Assembly: GCA_018985225.1 (NCBI GenBank)
Contig: JADGIF010000130.1
Coordinates: 1 to 18,298, forward strand
DNA: 18,298 nucleotides
DNA from: Amoeboradix gromovi X-113
Taxonomy: Eukaryota; Fungi; Sanchytriomycota
Direction of reading: 5' to 3'
Position numbers and translations under genes: made by a program. The notes under the pieces are model-generated. The model was not told the origin of the DNA, did not search any database, and saw only the letters and a program-made list of their open reading frames with translations. Of this stretch, positions 8,616-18,084 are shown piece after piece (the stretch's first letter is position 1; every line of letters begins with the position of its first letter).

Positions 8616-9866
8616 ATGAGAGTGGCCATGATCGATTTAGATTGCTTCTATGCTCAAGTTGAAATGGTAAATAATCCACTATTAAAGGATAAACCAATTG
8701 GAATTAAGCAAAAGAGATTAATGGTAACATGCAACTACACAGCTAGAAATATGGGAGTTAGTAAGATTATGAGTTTGTCAGAAGCGAAACAGCAATGCCC
8801 ATCGCTGATCATAATTGACGGCTCCAATATAGATCGTTATAGAGAAGCTTCAAACATGGTCTTCCAATTTTTGCAACAGTTTGGTACAGTACAAAAAAAT
8901 GGTATGGATGAATTCTTCATAAGTTTTGATACTGCGTATGAATCTGATATGGATTATTCCAGATGCCATTTTTATGGTGACTCTGGTCCCCTTTTACTAG
9001 AGCTATCCAAGTCTGTGAATTTTGTACGGTTCAAATTACTAAATGTTTTGGGGTATACATCCTCTGCGGGTATTGCTGATTCTAAGCTATTTGCGAAACT
9101 ATGTGCGAATATGCATAAGCCTTTTCAGCAAACTACCATTTCGATCGATTATGGCAAGGAATTTATTAAATCAGTAAGTGTTGAAGATATTCCTGGATTT
9201 GGCCATGCTAGCCGTAATAAATTCAATATTTCTGAAAAAATGACAGCCTTAGAATTCACTTGCGCTTATTCTAAGTCAGAATTCATTAAAGTACTGGGTC
9301 ATCGTTATTCCCGAATATATGACTTAATGTTGGGTATAGACAACTCAATCATTGTTAATTCCTCTGCTGATTCTACCCAAATATCTGTAGAAGATACCTG
9401 CAATGCTAAACAACTATGTCCGGCTTTATTCAAATTGACAAGGCATCTACTTGAGTTGATAAATTGTCAGGAGTTTGTTAACAACAGATTTAAACGATGG
9501 CCTAAAACCTGTAGGATATTATATGGAGAATCGTCATTTAAGCGTAAATCTAAATCTATTCCTTGGCCACTAAATATCGGTGAAATCAAAATGTATAAGA
9601 AATTGACCGCATATATTATCAAGACTGTGAAGCCACTCTTGGACGCAGATGTGGAGAAATGGAGCATCAACATAGCAGCTACTAACTTCATTAAGCTACA
9701 GTCTACAACTCTGAAATCTATGACTGTGATAGAGCCACAGGATACGCAGCCCCAATCCTGCAAAGATTTCTTGTGCAAAATGTGTGGTTGTTCATTTCCG
9801 CTGTTTGCAAAGACTGCACATTATAAATTTCATGAAGAGGAGTCAGCCGCTGTTCCTTTTTGGTGA
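8616..9866 (+). CDS. POLI: Y-family DNA polymerase iota-like
   Basis: IDLDCFYAQVEMVNNPLLKDKPIGIKQKRLMVTCNYTAR, YREAS, GMDE, SAGIADSKLFAKL...HKPFQQT, IPGFG. C-terminal UBZ-like CKMC...H...H. Confidence 0.85.
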   Translation: MRVAMIDLDCFYAQVEMVNNPLLKDKPIGIKQKRLMVTCNYTARNMGVSKIMSLSEAKQQCPSLIIIDGSNIDRYREASNMVFQFLQQFGTVQKNGMDEFFISFDTAYESDMDYSRCHFYGDSGPLLLELSKSVNFVRFKLLNVLGYTSSAGIADSKLFAKLCANMHKPFQQTTISIDYGKEFIKSVSVEDIPGFGHASRNKFNISEKMTALEFTCAYSKSEFIKVLGHRYSRIYDLMLGIDNSIIVNSSADSTQISVEDTCNAKQLCPALFKLTRHLLELINCQEFVNNRFKRWPKTCRILYGESSFKRKSKSIPWPLNIGEIKMYKKLTAYIIKTVKPLLDADVEKWSINIAATNFIKLQSTTLKSMTVIEPQDTQPQSCKDFLCKMCGCSFPLFAKTAHYKFHEEESAAVPFW

Positions 9867-9909
9867 CCTTATTGCTTGTGAATTACATTTCGCAAGGCTT
9901 AACAATTAA

Positions 9910-10872
9910 TTACAAAAATCTATTTACTACTGCTAACAAGGGTTCATATTGTTGTTGATCTACACATAATACCAATATCCTACTACCCTGCTCGTTTGTC
10001 TCCTTAACCAACTGATGCGATATCAACTCTTTTAGAACAGCATCGACAGTGGCCATGTTGACCAACTTGGATTTGAAGTGGGATTGCATGCCTTTACGAG
10101 AAGTGCTGACACTTGAAATGTGTTGCTCTATAATGAATTTAAATATCTTTGGAGCTTCGGAGTTTAGTTTGCTTAGGATGGACTCAACGCTTGACAATAA
10201 GACTGATTTTCTCTCAGACTTTTTAGAGGTATAAATTGGAGTATTGTAAGATGCGTAAGTAGGTATGTTATGATATATGCACGAATTCAGCTTGATATTA
10301 ATTAGAGTTAGTGGGTCATCCACTGCTACTATTAGTCGCTTGTTAAGCTTGACAATATGCTGTATACACATCAAAGAGAACGAGTCACCAATAAACACCT
10401 CAATTCCTTGAATCAAAATGACACTAGAGCAGCTGCTTATAAAATCCTTGAATAAATTAAATTTATCATTTACAAACTCGTCATCAGAATCGTATTCATT
10501 CTTTTGCATTTTGACAAGACTATTGAAAGCACTCTTATTCTCATATCCGTTCAAATCCAAAAACTGCAAACTTGATTTGGATATGAAATCAAATAAGAGA
10601 GACTGCTTATTGCCTATACCATAAAATACAATATTAAACTTATTTTTTACTTCTATATCCCACTGTTTGTATATTAAGCGATAGTAATGGAGCAGCTCAG
10701 GCTCGATACCGTGCGAGAGAGACTTCATCATTCTATTCCGCTGAGTATGTCCTAATGGTTCAATAAGATCAAGGGTGTTCTTCGACTTGCTTTTACGTTC
10801 TCTGGATTCAAAATAAGTTTCATTTCCATCTTCGGAACTAATGTTGCTAGCAGTCTCGTACATTGAATCCAT
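9910..10872 (-). CDS. ORC2: Origin recognition complex subunit 2 (compact)
   Basis: QWDIEVKNKFNIVFYGIGNKQSLLFDF, LNGY, IVAVDD, YHNIPTYASY and LKELISHQLV match ORC2 core motifs. First ATG is at 10872. Confidence 0.8.
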   Translation of the reverse strand: MDSMYETASNISSEDGNETYFESRERKSKSKNTLDLIEPLGHTQRNRMMKSLSHGIEPELLHYYRLIYKQWDIEVKNKFNIVFYGIGNKQSLLFDFISKSSLQFLDLNGYENKSAFNSLVKMQKNEYDSDDEFVNDKFNLFKDFISSCSSVILIQGIEVFIGDSFSLMCIQHIVKLNKRLIVAVDDPLTLINIKLNSCIYHNIPTYASYNTPIYTSKKSERKSVLLSSVESILSKLNSEAPKIFKFIIEQHISSVSTSRKGMQSHFKSKLVNMATVDAVLKELISHQLVKETNEQGSRILVLCVDQQQYEPLLAVVNRFL

Positions 10873-10916
10873 GATTTGCTGTGTTTTACAATTTGGGAGA
10901 ATGTTTTTGTAACTGC

Positions 10917-11174
10917 ATGAGAAGGAAAAAGACAAAAGCAAACTTAATGAAAATGGATGGAATGCAGTCCTCTTTAAATGATATCAAAGTTGCCAAGGTA
11001 AGAAAAAAGACTGCGTATAAGCTAAAGAAGCGAAGTCAGAGAAATGCTGCATTTCTTGAGAATATTTCAAATTTTGTTGATAGCAACAAATCTGTTGCTA
11101 TTAAGAATGATCCGTTCGGCTTCATCAAACTATCTGCTAATAAATTAAGTTACGAACTAAATTTGAATAAATAA
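10917..11174 (+). CDS. Small basic protein, possibly SLX9/FAM207A-like ribosome biogenesis factor
   Basis: Lys/Arg-rich. The C-terminal 'FLENISNF...KNDPFGFIK' resembles the SLX9 E..rF...nPf..I pattern. First ATG is at 10917. Confidence 0.4.
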   Translation: MRRKKTKANLMKMDGMQSSLNDIKVAKVRKKTAYKLKKRSQRNAAFLENISNFVDSNKSVAIKNDPFGFIKLSANKLSYELNLNK

Positions 11175-11201
11175 TCTAGATTTTCTCCTTACAACGAATT
11201 T

Positions 11202-11849
11202 ATGATCGCTGAATTCTCCTGTGCAGTTGCATCGAGACTTCCGACTCATTTTGGTAATGTATATTTACATTTTTATGACAAAGAGCATTTAGCAATTACG
11301 AAGTCTTATATTTCCTCTTCTTTGCTTATAAGATACAATGAATCCTGTGATAAAACAATAATGCCATTGAATTATGTGAACGAAAACAGTCGTGTCGGAG
11401 TCAACGGCAAAGTACCGATAGTGCGGGTCCATTCATCCTGCTATACTGGAGAAGTTCTTGGATCCTTAAGATGTGATTGTGGCGAACAACTAGTCCAGGC
11501 AATTGAAAATTGCGATGTTGTTATTTATTTACTTCAGGAAGGTAGAAACATTGGATTGTACAACAAATTGAGGGCATATAATTTGCAAGATAATGGTTAT
11601 GACACCGTAAGTGCAAATGTTGCTTTGAAACTACCAATAGACGACAGAGATTATAAAATGGCAGCTATGATACTGCAGGACTTTGGAATTGATAGGATCA
11701 CTCTTATGACTAATAACCCGGAAAAGATTTCTCAACTGCAGAAGTATGGAATTTCTGTGGATCGTATTCCCAGTCTAATTTCAAAAAGTCATCCCGATAT
11801 GGAAAAATATTTGGAAACAAAGAAATCTAAAATGTCACATATGCTTTGA
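11202..11849 (+). CDS. RIB1: GTP cyclohydrolase II (riboflavin biosynthesis)
   Basis: LPTHFG, VRVHSSCYTGEVLGSLRCDCGEQL, YLLQEGRNIGLYNKLRAYNLQD.GYDTV.AN, LMTNNPEK, YLETKKSKMSHML. Confidence 0.95.
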   Translation: MIAEFSCAVASRLPTHFGNVYLHFYDKEHLAITKSYISSSLLIRYNESCDKTIMPLNYVNENSRVGVNGKVPIVRVHSSCYTGEVLGSLRCDCGEQLVQAIENCDVVIYLLQEGRNIGLYNKLRAYNLQDNGYDTVSANVALKLPIDDRDYKMAAMILQDFGIDRITLMTNNPEKISQLQKYGISVDRIPSLISKSHPDMEKYLETKKSKMSHML

Positions 11850-12024
11850 AGATCTTGTAGATTATATATCAAAATAAATTAATACATATTAAATACTTGT
11901 CGCATATGTATTTCACTCGGGATATCAGAAACACGTGTTAATTTATTATCTACAGCAACATGGTGTATTTTAGAGCCTCTAAAATTTAAATTATGAATAA
12001 AAGCCGGAGGAACCCATCTTTGCA

Positions 12025-12678
12025 ATGAACCGAAATAAATCTGCTACAGAGAAAGTATCCGACAAAGCACAGCAAGGTAAAGAAGCTGCACAACAAGAAG
12101 GTAACAATTTAGGAGAAAAGGCTAACAAAGCATGGGATTCCATGACCGACCAGGCACAGGAATCTAAAGATAACACTCAATCCTATGCTAAGCAAGGAAT
12201 GAACAAGGCTTACGAAATCGCGGATCAAGCTAAAAAGACTGCAGGCCAAACTAGTGATACTATTACTGGTAAGATCTCAGAAACTGTTTCAAACATAACA
12301 GAGGGTGTTCAAAGTACCACTGAAGGTATTACCGGTACAGTGTCTGATACGTATGAATGGGCAACTGGGCAAGGCAAATACGGAAATGACCCTTCTATCA
12401 TGGATACTGCTGGTAAAAAATGGGAGGAGACTAAAGATCAAGCTGGAAATATGGCCCAAAAAGGAAAAGAACAGGCTAGTAACTTAGCTGACCAAGGAAA
12501 AGACCAAGCTCAAAACATGAAGGAGGGAGCTGAAAAAAAAGGCCAACAGGCTAAGGAAGCCATGGATAGTTCGGCGGATAAAGCCGGCAAGAAGACCGAA
12601 GAGGCAGGAAAGGCTGCCCAGGATAAAGCCGGCAAAATGAGCGAGAACAGAGAAAAGAAATCAGGACTGTTTGCATAA
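12025..12678 (+). CDS. LEA/hydrophilin-like repetitive stress protein
   Basis: Hydrophilic A/K/Q/E/G-rich sequence with ~11-aa repeats (QKGKEQASNLA, DQGKDQAQNMK, KKGQQAKEAM). No Cys. Confidence 0.7.
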   Translation: MNRNKSATEKVSDKAQQGKEAAQQEGNNLGEKANKAWDSMTDQAQESKDNTQSYAKQGMNKAYEIADQAKKTAGQTSDTITGKISETVSNITEGVQSTTEGITGTVSDTYEWATGQGKYGNDPSIMDTAGKKWEETKDQAGNMAQKGKEQASNLADQGKDQAQNMKEGAEKKGQQAKEAMDSSADKAGKKTEEAGKAAQDKAGKMSENREKKSGLFA

Positions 12679-12694
12679 TAAATATTCTTTATTC

Positions 12695-13531
12695 CTATTG
12701 ATGGGTAATTTTATTAACTATACTTAAGAGTGGTTCAAACATCGGACTATTTATCTTGACATCGAACAGTTCATCACCGCGAGTTGCTCCTAAGTTTATG
12801 CAGGCCGAAAAATAATTTTCTGCTTTTAGTTTCAGTAAAAACCTATACGCGGAGTATGTAGTTAATGTGCTTCCAATAACTAACAGAAAATCAGAGTTGT
12901 CTAATAGATTATCTGCAGCTGCTCTCGTATTTAAATCAATGTTTTCACCAAAAAACACTACCTTTGGCTTTAAAATACCACCACAATTAGCACAGGACGG
13001 AACTGTCATAAATTCATAAGAGTCTAGTTCTATCTCGGCATCCCCGTCCGGGTTCACGCGGTTGTGCCAGTCAAAGCTCCCAAGCTCTGGATTTAATGAT
13101 AGAAGTTGTTTTTGAAAAGTTGTTCTTTCTATTATTTCATCACAGCCCAAACACTGCACCCGATGTAATGTACCATGTAGCTCTAGAGGATCTGAGCCAG
13201 CTTTTTGGTGAAGCCCGTCAACATTCTGGGTTATTATTTTACCTCCCAAATATTGCAACCTCGTTATATTGAAATGGGAATCATTCGGTACAGCATTTTT
13301 TATGGTGTCCCATCCTATAAATGATCTCAACCAGTATCTTTTTCTATTCTTCTCATCTTTCATAAAGCTTTGAAGGGTTATAGGTATAAACCTTTTATTA
13401 ATTTTGTATGCTCCTTTCTCGCCTCTGTAATCTGGAATATTGGATTCTGTAGAAACCCCAGCACCACATATAATTAGCGGGTGCTTAGCCTTTATAAATT
13501 TTTCAACTATTTTACTTAAGTTAGCATTCAT
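12695..13531 (-). CDS. SIRT4: NAD-dependent sirtuin, class II (SIRT4-like)
   Basis: GAGVSTESNIPDYRG, RKRYWLRSFIGW, ITQNVDGLHQKAGS, ELHG, NPDGDAE, GGILKPKVVFFGENI, INLGATRGD. Confidence 0.9.
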   Translation of the reverse strand: MNANLSKIVEKFIKAKHPLIICGAGVSTESNIPDYRGEKGAYKINKRFIPITLQSFMKDEKNRKRYWLRSFIGWDTIKNAVPNDSHFNITRLQYLGGKIITQNVDGLHQKAGSDPLELHGTLHRVQCLGCDEIIERTTFQKQLLSLNPELGSFDWHNRVNPDGDAEIELDSYEFMTVPSCANCGGILKPKVVFFGENIDLNTRAAADNLLDNSDFLLVIGSTLTTYSAYRFLLKLKAENYFSACINLGATRGDELFDVKINSPMFEPLLSIVNKITHQ

Positions 13532-13607
13532 GGGGAGTTTTATCGATTGTACTAGTACAGGATCGAATTTAAAACGAAACTACAAATTTAACAATTAATT
13601 TACTAAT

Positions 13608-13982
13608 TCAGCCGTAATTCAATCTAAAAATATCGTTAAACACATAGTAAGAACCTCCTTCATTGACCAAAAAGAACACTTGAGAAAATTTTATGGGTTG
13701 CTCACTATCATCTACTAATAATTGTCCAGTTACGCTCACTAGTATATGTTTGCCATCTGGATATGACGGCTGTGCATCAATACTGTCTACTTTATGAACC
13801 ACTTTTTGAAATGGCAAACTCATCAACTTTTCAGTAATATTTGCTGTTCCTTGACATTGATTTCCTTCAAAACTTAACATACTCATATCTCTGTACAAAC
13901 CCGCCAAATTGGATCTATTCTGGTCAAATGTATTATAATAGAAATCTACAAAGCTTTTGGCTGTAGCATCAAAATCAGACAT
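13608..13982 (-). CDS. NTF2: Nuclear transport factor 2
   Basis: FVDFYYNTFDQNRSNLAGLYRDMSMLSFEG...LPFQKVVHKV.SIDAQP...VTGQLLVD...FSQVF...NDIFRLNYG. Confidence 0.96.
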   Translation of the reverse strand: MSDFDATAKSFVDFYYNTFDQNRSNLAGLYRDMSMLSFEGNQCQGTANITEKLMSLPFQKVVHKVDSIDAQPSYPDGKHILVSVTGQLLVDDSEQPIKFSQVFFLVNEGGSYYVFNDIFRLNYG

Positions 13983-14044
13983 TGCAAAGTATGAAAAATT
14001 ATTTAAATCAATTTATTTCCACGCGATTCCTCACGTTAAGATAA

Positions 14045-14355
14045 TCCCAATTAAAGTCCTGATTTACGAGAAAATCGAGGATTTCCATTGATGTATTATT
14101 TTTTCAGTTTGGAAGATTGCGTTTGCGTCTATTGGTAATTTCTTTAGTTTTGAGATACTCAGGATGACATGATTTGTAACAATTTACAATTAATAAAAAG
14201 AATACTATGAAATTTCTATTCGGTTAGAAAAGCCTAGAAAGTGAGTGCAGTGGAACGATGTAGCCTATGTAGTCCCGATAGACGGCTTACCCATTTAAAA
14301 TCGATGAGTACATTGATAAAAATTCGAGTGATCGCGATAAAACTATGACCTGTAA
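14045..14355 (-). mobile_element. Short IS607/Fanzor2 deletion derivative (copy D)
   Basis: On the minus strand: left-end-like 'acaggtcatagttttatcgcga' and 'actttctaggcttttctaa'; HTH start HPEYLKTKEITNR (~14166-14128); then directly 'gcaatcttccaaactga...ggaaatcctcgattttctcgtaaatcaggactttaattggga'. Confidence 0.75.
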
Positions 14356-14404
14356 GACTAAGGGACTAGATTTGAGTCACATTTTCTTTCTCGAATTATT
14401 TATT

Positions 14405-14692
14405 TTAAATATTAGTCCAGTACAGCATAATTAGGAAGACTCCGTAGATGAGGATCATTCCCTGGGCGTTATTTCTCGATCCTTCTGAATAGGACAACTG
14501 TGAAAATGATTCGCCGGTCTGCTTATATGCGCTTGAATTACCTGTCGAATTCTGTTTTAGGTTTACAGCAACTATCGGCAATGTAACATTGTTGCCAAGT
14601 ACATTTCTGAACTCATTTAAAGAAATACTGTAGTCTGCAATCCGCCTCTTGCCCCCCTTTGATGTAGCTCTAATTAGTGTCAATATAAGCAT
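14405..14692 (-). CDS. Hypothetical small protein with hydrophobic N- and C-termini
   Basis: 95-aa ATG ORF with MLILTLIRA at the N-terminus, N-glycosylation sequons (NVT, NST, NSS) and a hydrophobic tail GMILIYGVFLIMLYW. No homology recognised. Confidence 0.4.
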   Translation of the reverse strand: MLILTLIRATSKGGKRRIADYSISLNEFRNVLGNNVTLPIVAVNLKQNSTGNSSAYKQTGESFSQLSYSEGSRNNAQGMILIYGVFLIMLYWTNI

Positions 14693-15131
14693 CTCGGGGC
14701 TGTAATCTCTGTCGTATTTATCTGGTTGTCGATCGGGTTGATTGGACAGTTTGATTGGTTGGGAGATATACCCAGTCTTTCAGGAGAAACTGACAAAAAC
14801 TAATAGTTCCGTTATACTGGCTATATTGACAGACACATTTGCCATGAATAAGAACTCAAATCATTGAGTGTTGTTCCATTCAACCTCTAGAAAGAAGGTA
14901 TTTGAGTGATAGAGTTCATGAAATTACGATTTGACTGGCTCAAATTGAATTGTAATGTTTCTATCATTTAGATGCTAGGCAAAAGAGTTCTACTAAATTT
15001 CCTCTCTGCCACTCAGGCGTTCGCCAAATGCTGCAAAGCAATCTAAGCCTAAATGACTTGGTTACACAGTTAAGTTTTTATACTTGATGTTTTGGTTGTT
15101 TCTGGAGTAAAATTTATTATGTCATTAAATG

Positions 15132-16931
15132 TTAATCCTTTTTCATCAATTCCATAAATACTTTTTGAGATATCTTCACTTGCCCAATAGATTTTAATTT
15201 CTTCTTACCTTCCTTTTGCCGTTCTAATAATTTCATTTTACGAGTTTGATCTGAACCGCTTTTGATCTTTGCAGTCACATCTTTTCGATATGCGTTGATT
15301 TTCTCTCTAGCTAATATTTTCTTTCCTATCGCAGCTTGTATGATAATCTCAAATTGCTGCCTATCCAATAGATCCTTTAATTTCTTTGTTATAACACGAG
15401 CACTGTATTCCACAGTTGTTCTGTGTATTACGCAACTTAAAGTGTCCGCAGGCTTTCCGTTTAATAATATGTTTAACTTGACCATATCCGAATCTACATA
15501 ACCGGCATCATCATAAGTTAAACTGGCATAACCTGAAGAGTAGGATTTTAATCTGTCATGAAAATCAAGTGCAATTTCGGCCAAGGGTAAAGTGCATTGA
15601 ATTACGACCTGATTATCCATATAGTCTGATTTATTCAGTATTCCGCGTCGATTGAAAATAAGTTCAACTATTTGCCCTTCATATTCTACAGGAGTAATTA
15701 TCTCGGCATTTGCAATCGGCTCCTGAACAGAAGATACATTTAGCAGACTGTTCGACTCTGGAAACTCCATGGGAGAGTCTATCATTCGGAATGATGAATC
15801 TTTATTAATTATTTTATAGCTTACATTTGGAGTAGTACAGATGGAATGGACATTGAATTCATCCTTTAATCTAGATACAAATATTTCCATGTGAAGTGAT
15901 CCTAAAAACCCAAGTCTAAAACCCTGCCCCAAAGACCCAGAACTTTCTTTTTGAACTGCAACACTAGAATCATTTAACTTCAATTTAGATATGCTTTCAT
16001 CAAGCTTCTTATAATCATTATTGTCAATCGGATAACAGCCACAGAACACCATAGGCATTAGGGGTTGAAAACCCGGTAGTGCCTTAACTGGGAATCCAGC
16101 TTGATAGAACGTGTCTCCTACTTTTGCTTCTCTGATATCCCTCATATTAGGTATTATATATCCTACCTGTCCTGCATGTAATTCACCTACTCGAATCTCT
16201 TCTGGGGAGAACACACCAATTTGTCTTATTTCATACTGTTTCTTAAAAGCACAAGATTCTACAATCATTCCTTCTTTTATATATCCACCACGGATATTAA
16301 CAAGACAAACCACACCATTATATTGATCAAACCAAGAATCCATCAGCATTATCGAAGTTGGATCAGATCTCTTGGCTTTTGGAGGAGGTATCTTGTTAAT
16401 AATAGCGTTTAGTACCTTATCGACATGAGTTCCATTTTTTGCAGATGTATAAATTATGTCTTCCAATGGTAAATTGAACATGTCCACGATAGACAACGCG
16501 ACTTTGTCAGGATCCGCCAGTAAGTTATCAATCTTATTTACCACAGGTATTACAGTATGATGTGTTAGCAGTCTAAAGTTAGCAACAGTTTGTGCTTGTA
16601 TACCTTTAACAGCGTCTACTACCAGAATGACACCGTCACAGGATTCCAATGATTTACGAACCTCGTAATTGAAATCAACATGACCTGGTGTATCTATCAG
16701 ATTAAGCAAGTATCCATTATGTATCATAGCTGCAGATTGAGCTTTAACAGTGATTCCTCGTTGTTGTTCAACCAAGAGTTTGTCAAGATATTGCTTTTTC
16801 GCATCATTAGGAAGGCATCCCGTTAGTTTCAGCAATGAGTCACTTAATGTTGATTTTCCATGATCTATGTGTGCTATAATCGCAAAGTTCTTGATTTTGA
16901 AGGGTAGGGTGTTTTTGATGACTTGCAACAT
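15132..16931 (-). CDS. GUF1: Mitochondrial translation factor GUF1 (LepA/EF-4)
   Basis: NFAIIAHIDHGKSTLSD, RGITVKAQ, LNLIDTPGHVDF, NKID, LGQGFRLGFLGSLHME, LKSYSSGYAS, RKDVTAK...RKMKLLERQKEGKK. Confidence 0.96.
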   Translation of the reverse strand: MLQVIKNTLPFKIKNFAIIAHIDHGKSTLSDSLLKLTGCLPNDAKKQYLDKLLVEQQRGITVKAQSAAMIHNGYLLNLIDTPGHVDFNYEVRKSLESCDGVILVVDAVKGIQAQTVANFRLLTHHTVIPVVNKIDNLLADPDKVALSIVDMFNLPLEDIIYTSAKNGTHVDKVLNAIINKIPPPKAKRSDPTSIMLMDSWFDQYNGVVCLVNIRGGYIKEGMIVESCAFKKQYEIRQIGVFSPEEIRVGELHAGQVGYIIPNMRDIREAKVGDTFYQAGFPVKALPGFQPLMPMVFCGCYPIDNNDYKKLDESISKLKLNDSSVAVQKESSGSLGQGFRLGFLGSLHMEIFVSRLKDEFNVHSICTTPNVSYKIINKDSSFRMIDSPMEFPESNSLLNVSSVQEPIANAEIITPVEYEGQIVELIFNRRGILNKSDYMDNQVVIQCTLPLAEIALDFHDRLKSYSSGYASLTYDDAGYVDSDMVKLNILLNGKPADTLSCVIHRTTVEYSARVITKKLKDLLDRQQFEIIIQAAIGKKILAREKINAYRKDVTAKIKSGSDQTRKMKLLERQKEGKKKLKSIGQVKISQKVFMELMKKD

Positions 16932-16955
16932 CCTAGAATTTGACGGATAAAACTC
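16932..16955. promoter_or_regulatory. 24-bp head-to-head spacer between GUF1 and SHY1 start codons (implied bidirectional promoter region)
   Basis: Divergent ATGs at 16931(-) and 16956(+). Confidence 0.45.
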
Positions 16956-17546
16956 ATGATTTTATGGGCATTTCCAATTACAACCACAGGGTTAGGCATA
17001 TGGCAAGTATACCGCTACAGATGGAAGCAAGCTTTAATTACCGAAGCAGAGAACAATCTGAAGAAAGAGCCTTTAAAGGAGCCAACTAATGAACCATATC
17101 GAAGAATTGAATTAAAAGGTGAATTGGAGGACAGACAAGTGAAAATAAACGGAATAGAAAATGGAAAACGTGGTCACTATATAATACAGCCGTTTGTTTT
17201 AAGTGGCACCCGAATTCTTGTCCAACGCGGATTTGTAGAAGAAGGAAAGAATATAAACACTAATAGTGAACATGGCCTCATAATGAAGCACGAAGAACAA
17301 GGATATCGTCCTGATAATACAGGCTCTGAGTGGTTCTGGAAAGACGTGGAGTCGCTTTCTAAGCAGTTTGACACAAAACCAGTTATTGTTGCAATGCTCA
17401 AGGAAAAAGGTCACAAATATGGAATGGAGCCTAAACCTAGTTATAGAAATAATCATATGCAATACATTGTTACTTGGTTTTCTATATCGATTATTACTGC
17501 ACTATTAATAAAATATAAAAGACCTGTGAAGAAACAGTTTGGCTGA
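16956..17546 (+). CDS. SHY1: SURF1/Shy1 cytochrome c oxidase assembly protein (compact)
   Basis: LGIWQVYRYRWK, YRRIELKG, GHYIIQPF, ILVQRGFV, PDN..SEWFWKD, NNHMQYIVTWFS. Confidence 0.92.
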   Translation: MILWAFPITTTGLGIWQVYRYRWKQALITEAENNLKKEPLKEPTNEPYRRIELKGELEDRQVKINGIENGKRGHYIIQPFVLSGTRILVQRGFVEEGKNINTNSEHGLIMKHEEQGYRPDNTGSEWFWKDVESLSKQFDTKPVIVAMLKEKGHKYGMEPKPSYRNNHMQYIVTWFSISIITALLIKYKRPVKKQFG

Positions 17547-17869
17547 GTTGAATTGTTTATTTAGTAAATTCAAGAATTATAGCCAGAATTTTTTAAAACA
17601 ATACTCATTTTTAAGTGTAGTAAGCCCGAAGACAGCTCGATTGTTTTCTTGAATAAATCATTTATCGCGAATTTGTATGCATTTTTGTATAATTTCAAGA
17701 CTTTCCAGATTTTTCTAATAGCTTAAACACTCGATATTCTTCCTTTTCGCAATGGTAAATCAATTTTAAAGAAATAACTAGTAGGTACAGCATACATTCT
17801 TCAACACTGAGGAACTGATCCAAACATGGAAGAATTAGATGTCTTTCAATGCCTAGACAGTGATATCTG

Positions 17870-18076
17870 TACAATTTATTCAAGGAACGCTTGATGTTCA
17901 AATGTAAACAAAGAGGAAAGACGATAATCGAATGTAATGAATCATTTACTGGTCAGACATGTACAAGGTGTGAAAATCTTAAGAAAACCAATTTGGAAAC
18001 CTGAACCTGTACAAAATGTCATTTGAAGATAGATAGAGACCATATGGCAGCAAGGAACATATACATCAAGTATCTG
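17870..18076 (+). pseudogene. Fanzor2/TnpB C-terminal fragment (relocated catalytic Glu, zinc finger, RuvC-III)
   Basis: FKERLMFKC...NESFTGQTCTRC...CTKC...DRDHMAARNI matches the TnpB/Fanzor pattern F..rL.yK...E.yTS.tC..C...C..C...DRD.NAA.NI. In-frame TGA at 18002. Confidence 0.88.
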
Positions 18077-18084
18077 TATCCTTA

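Noticed and set aside
11444-11452. 9-nt match (tactggaga) between the copy E candidate guide and RIB1
   Set aside because: Too short; compatible with chance.
819-17462. Many short track ORFs overlapping real genes (e.g. 819-1088, 1315-1572, 2717-3085, 5981-6340, 9467-9778, 10049-10234, 10418-10624, 11991-12176, 12305-12487, 15262-15501, 16111-16412, 17177-17462)
   Set aside because: Antisense or out-of-frame shadows of well-supported CDSs, often with non-ATG starts and no motifs.
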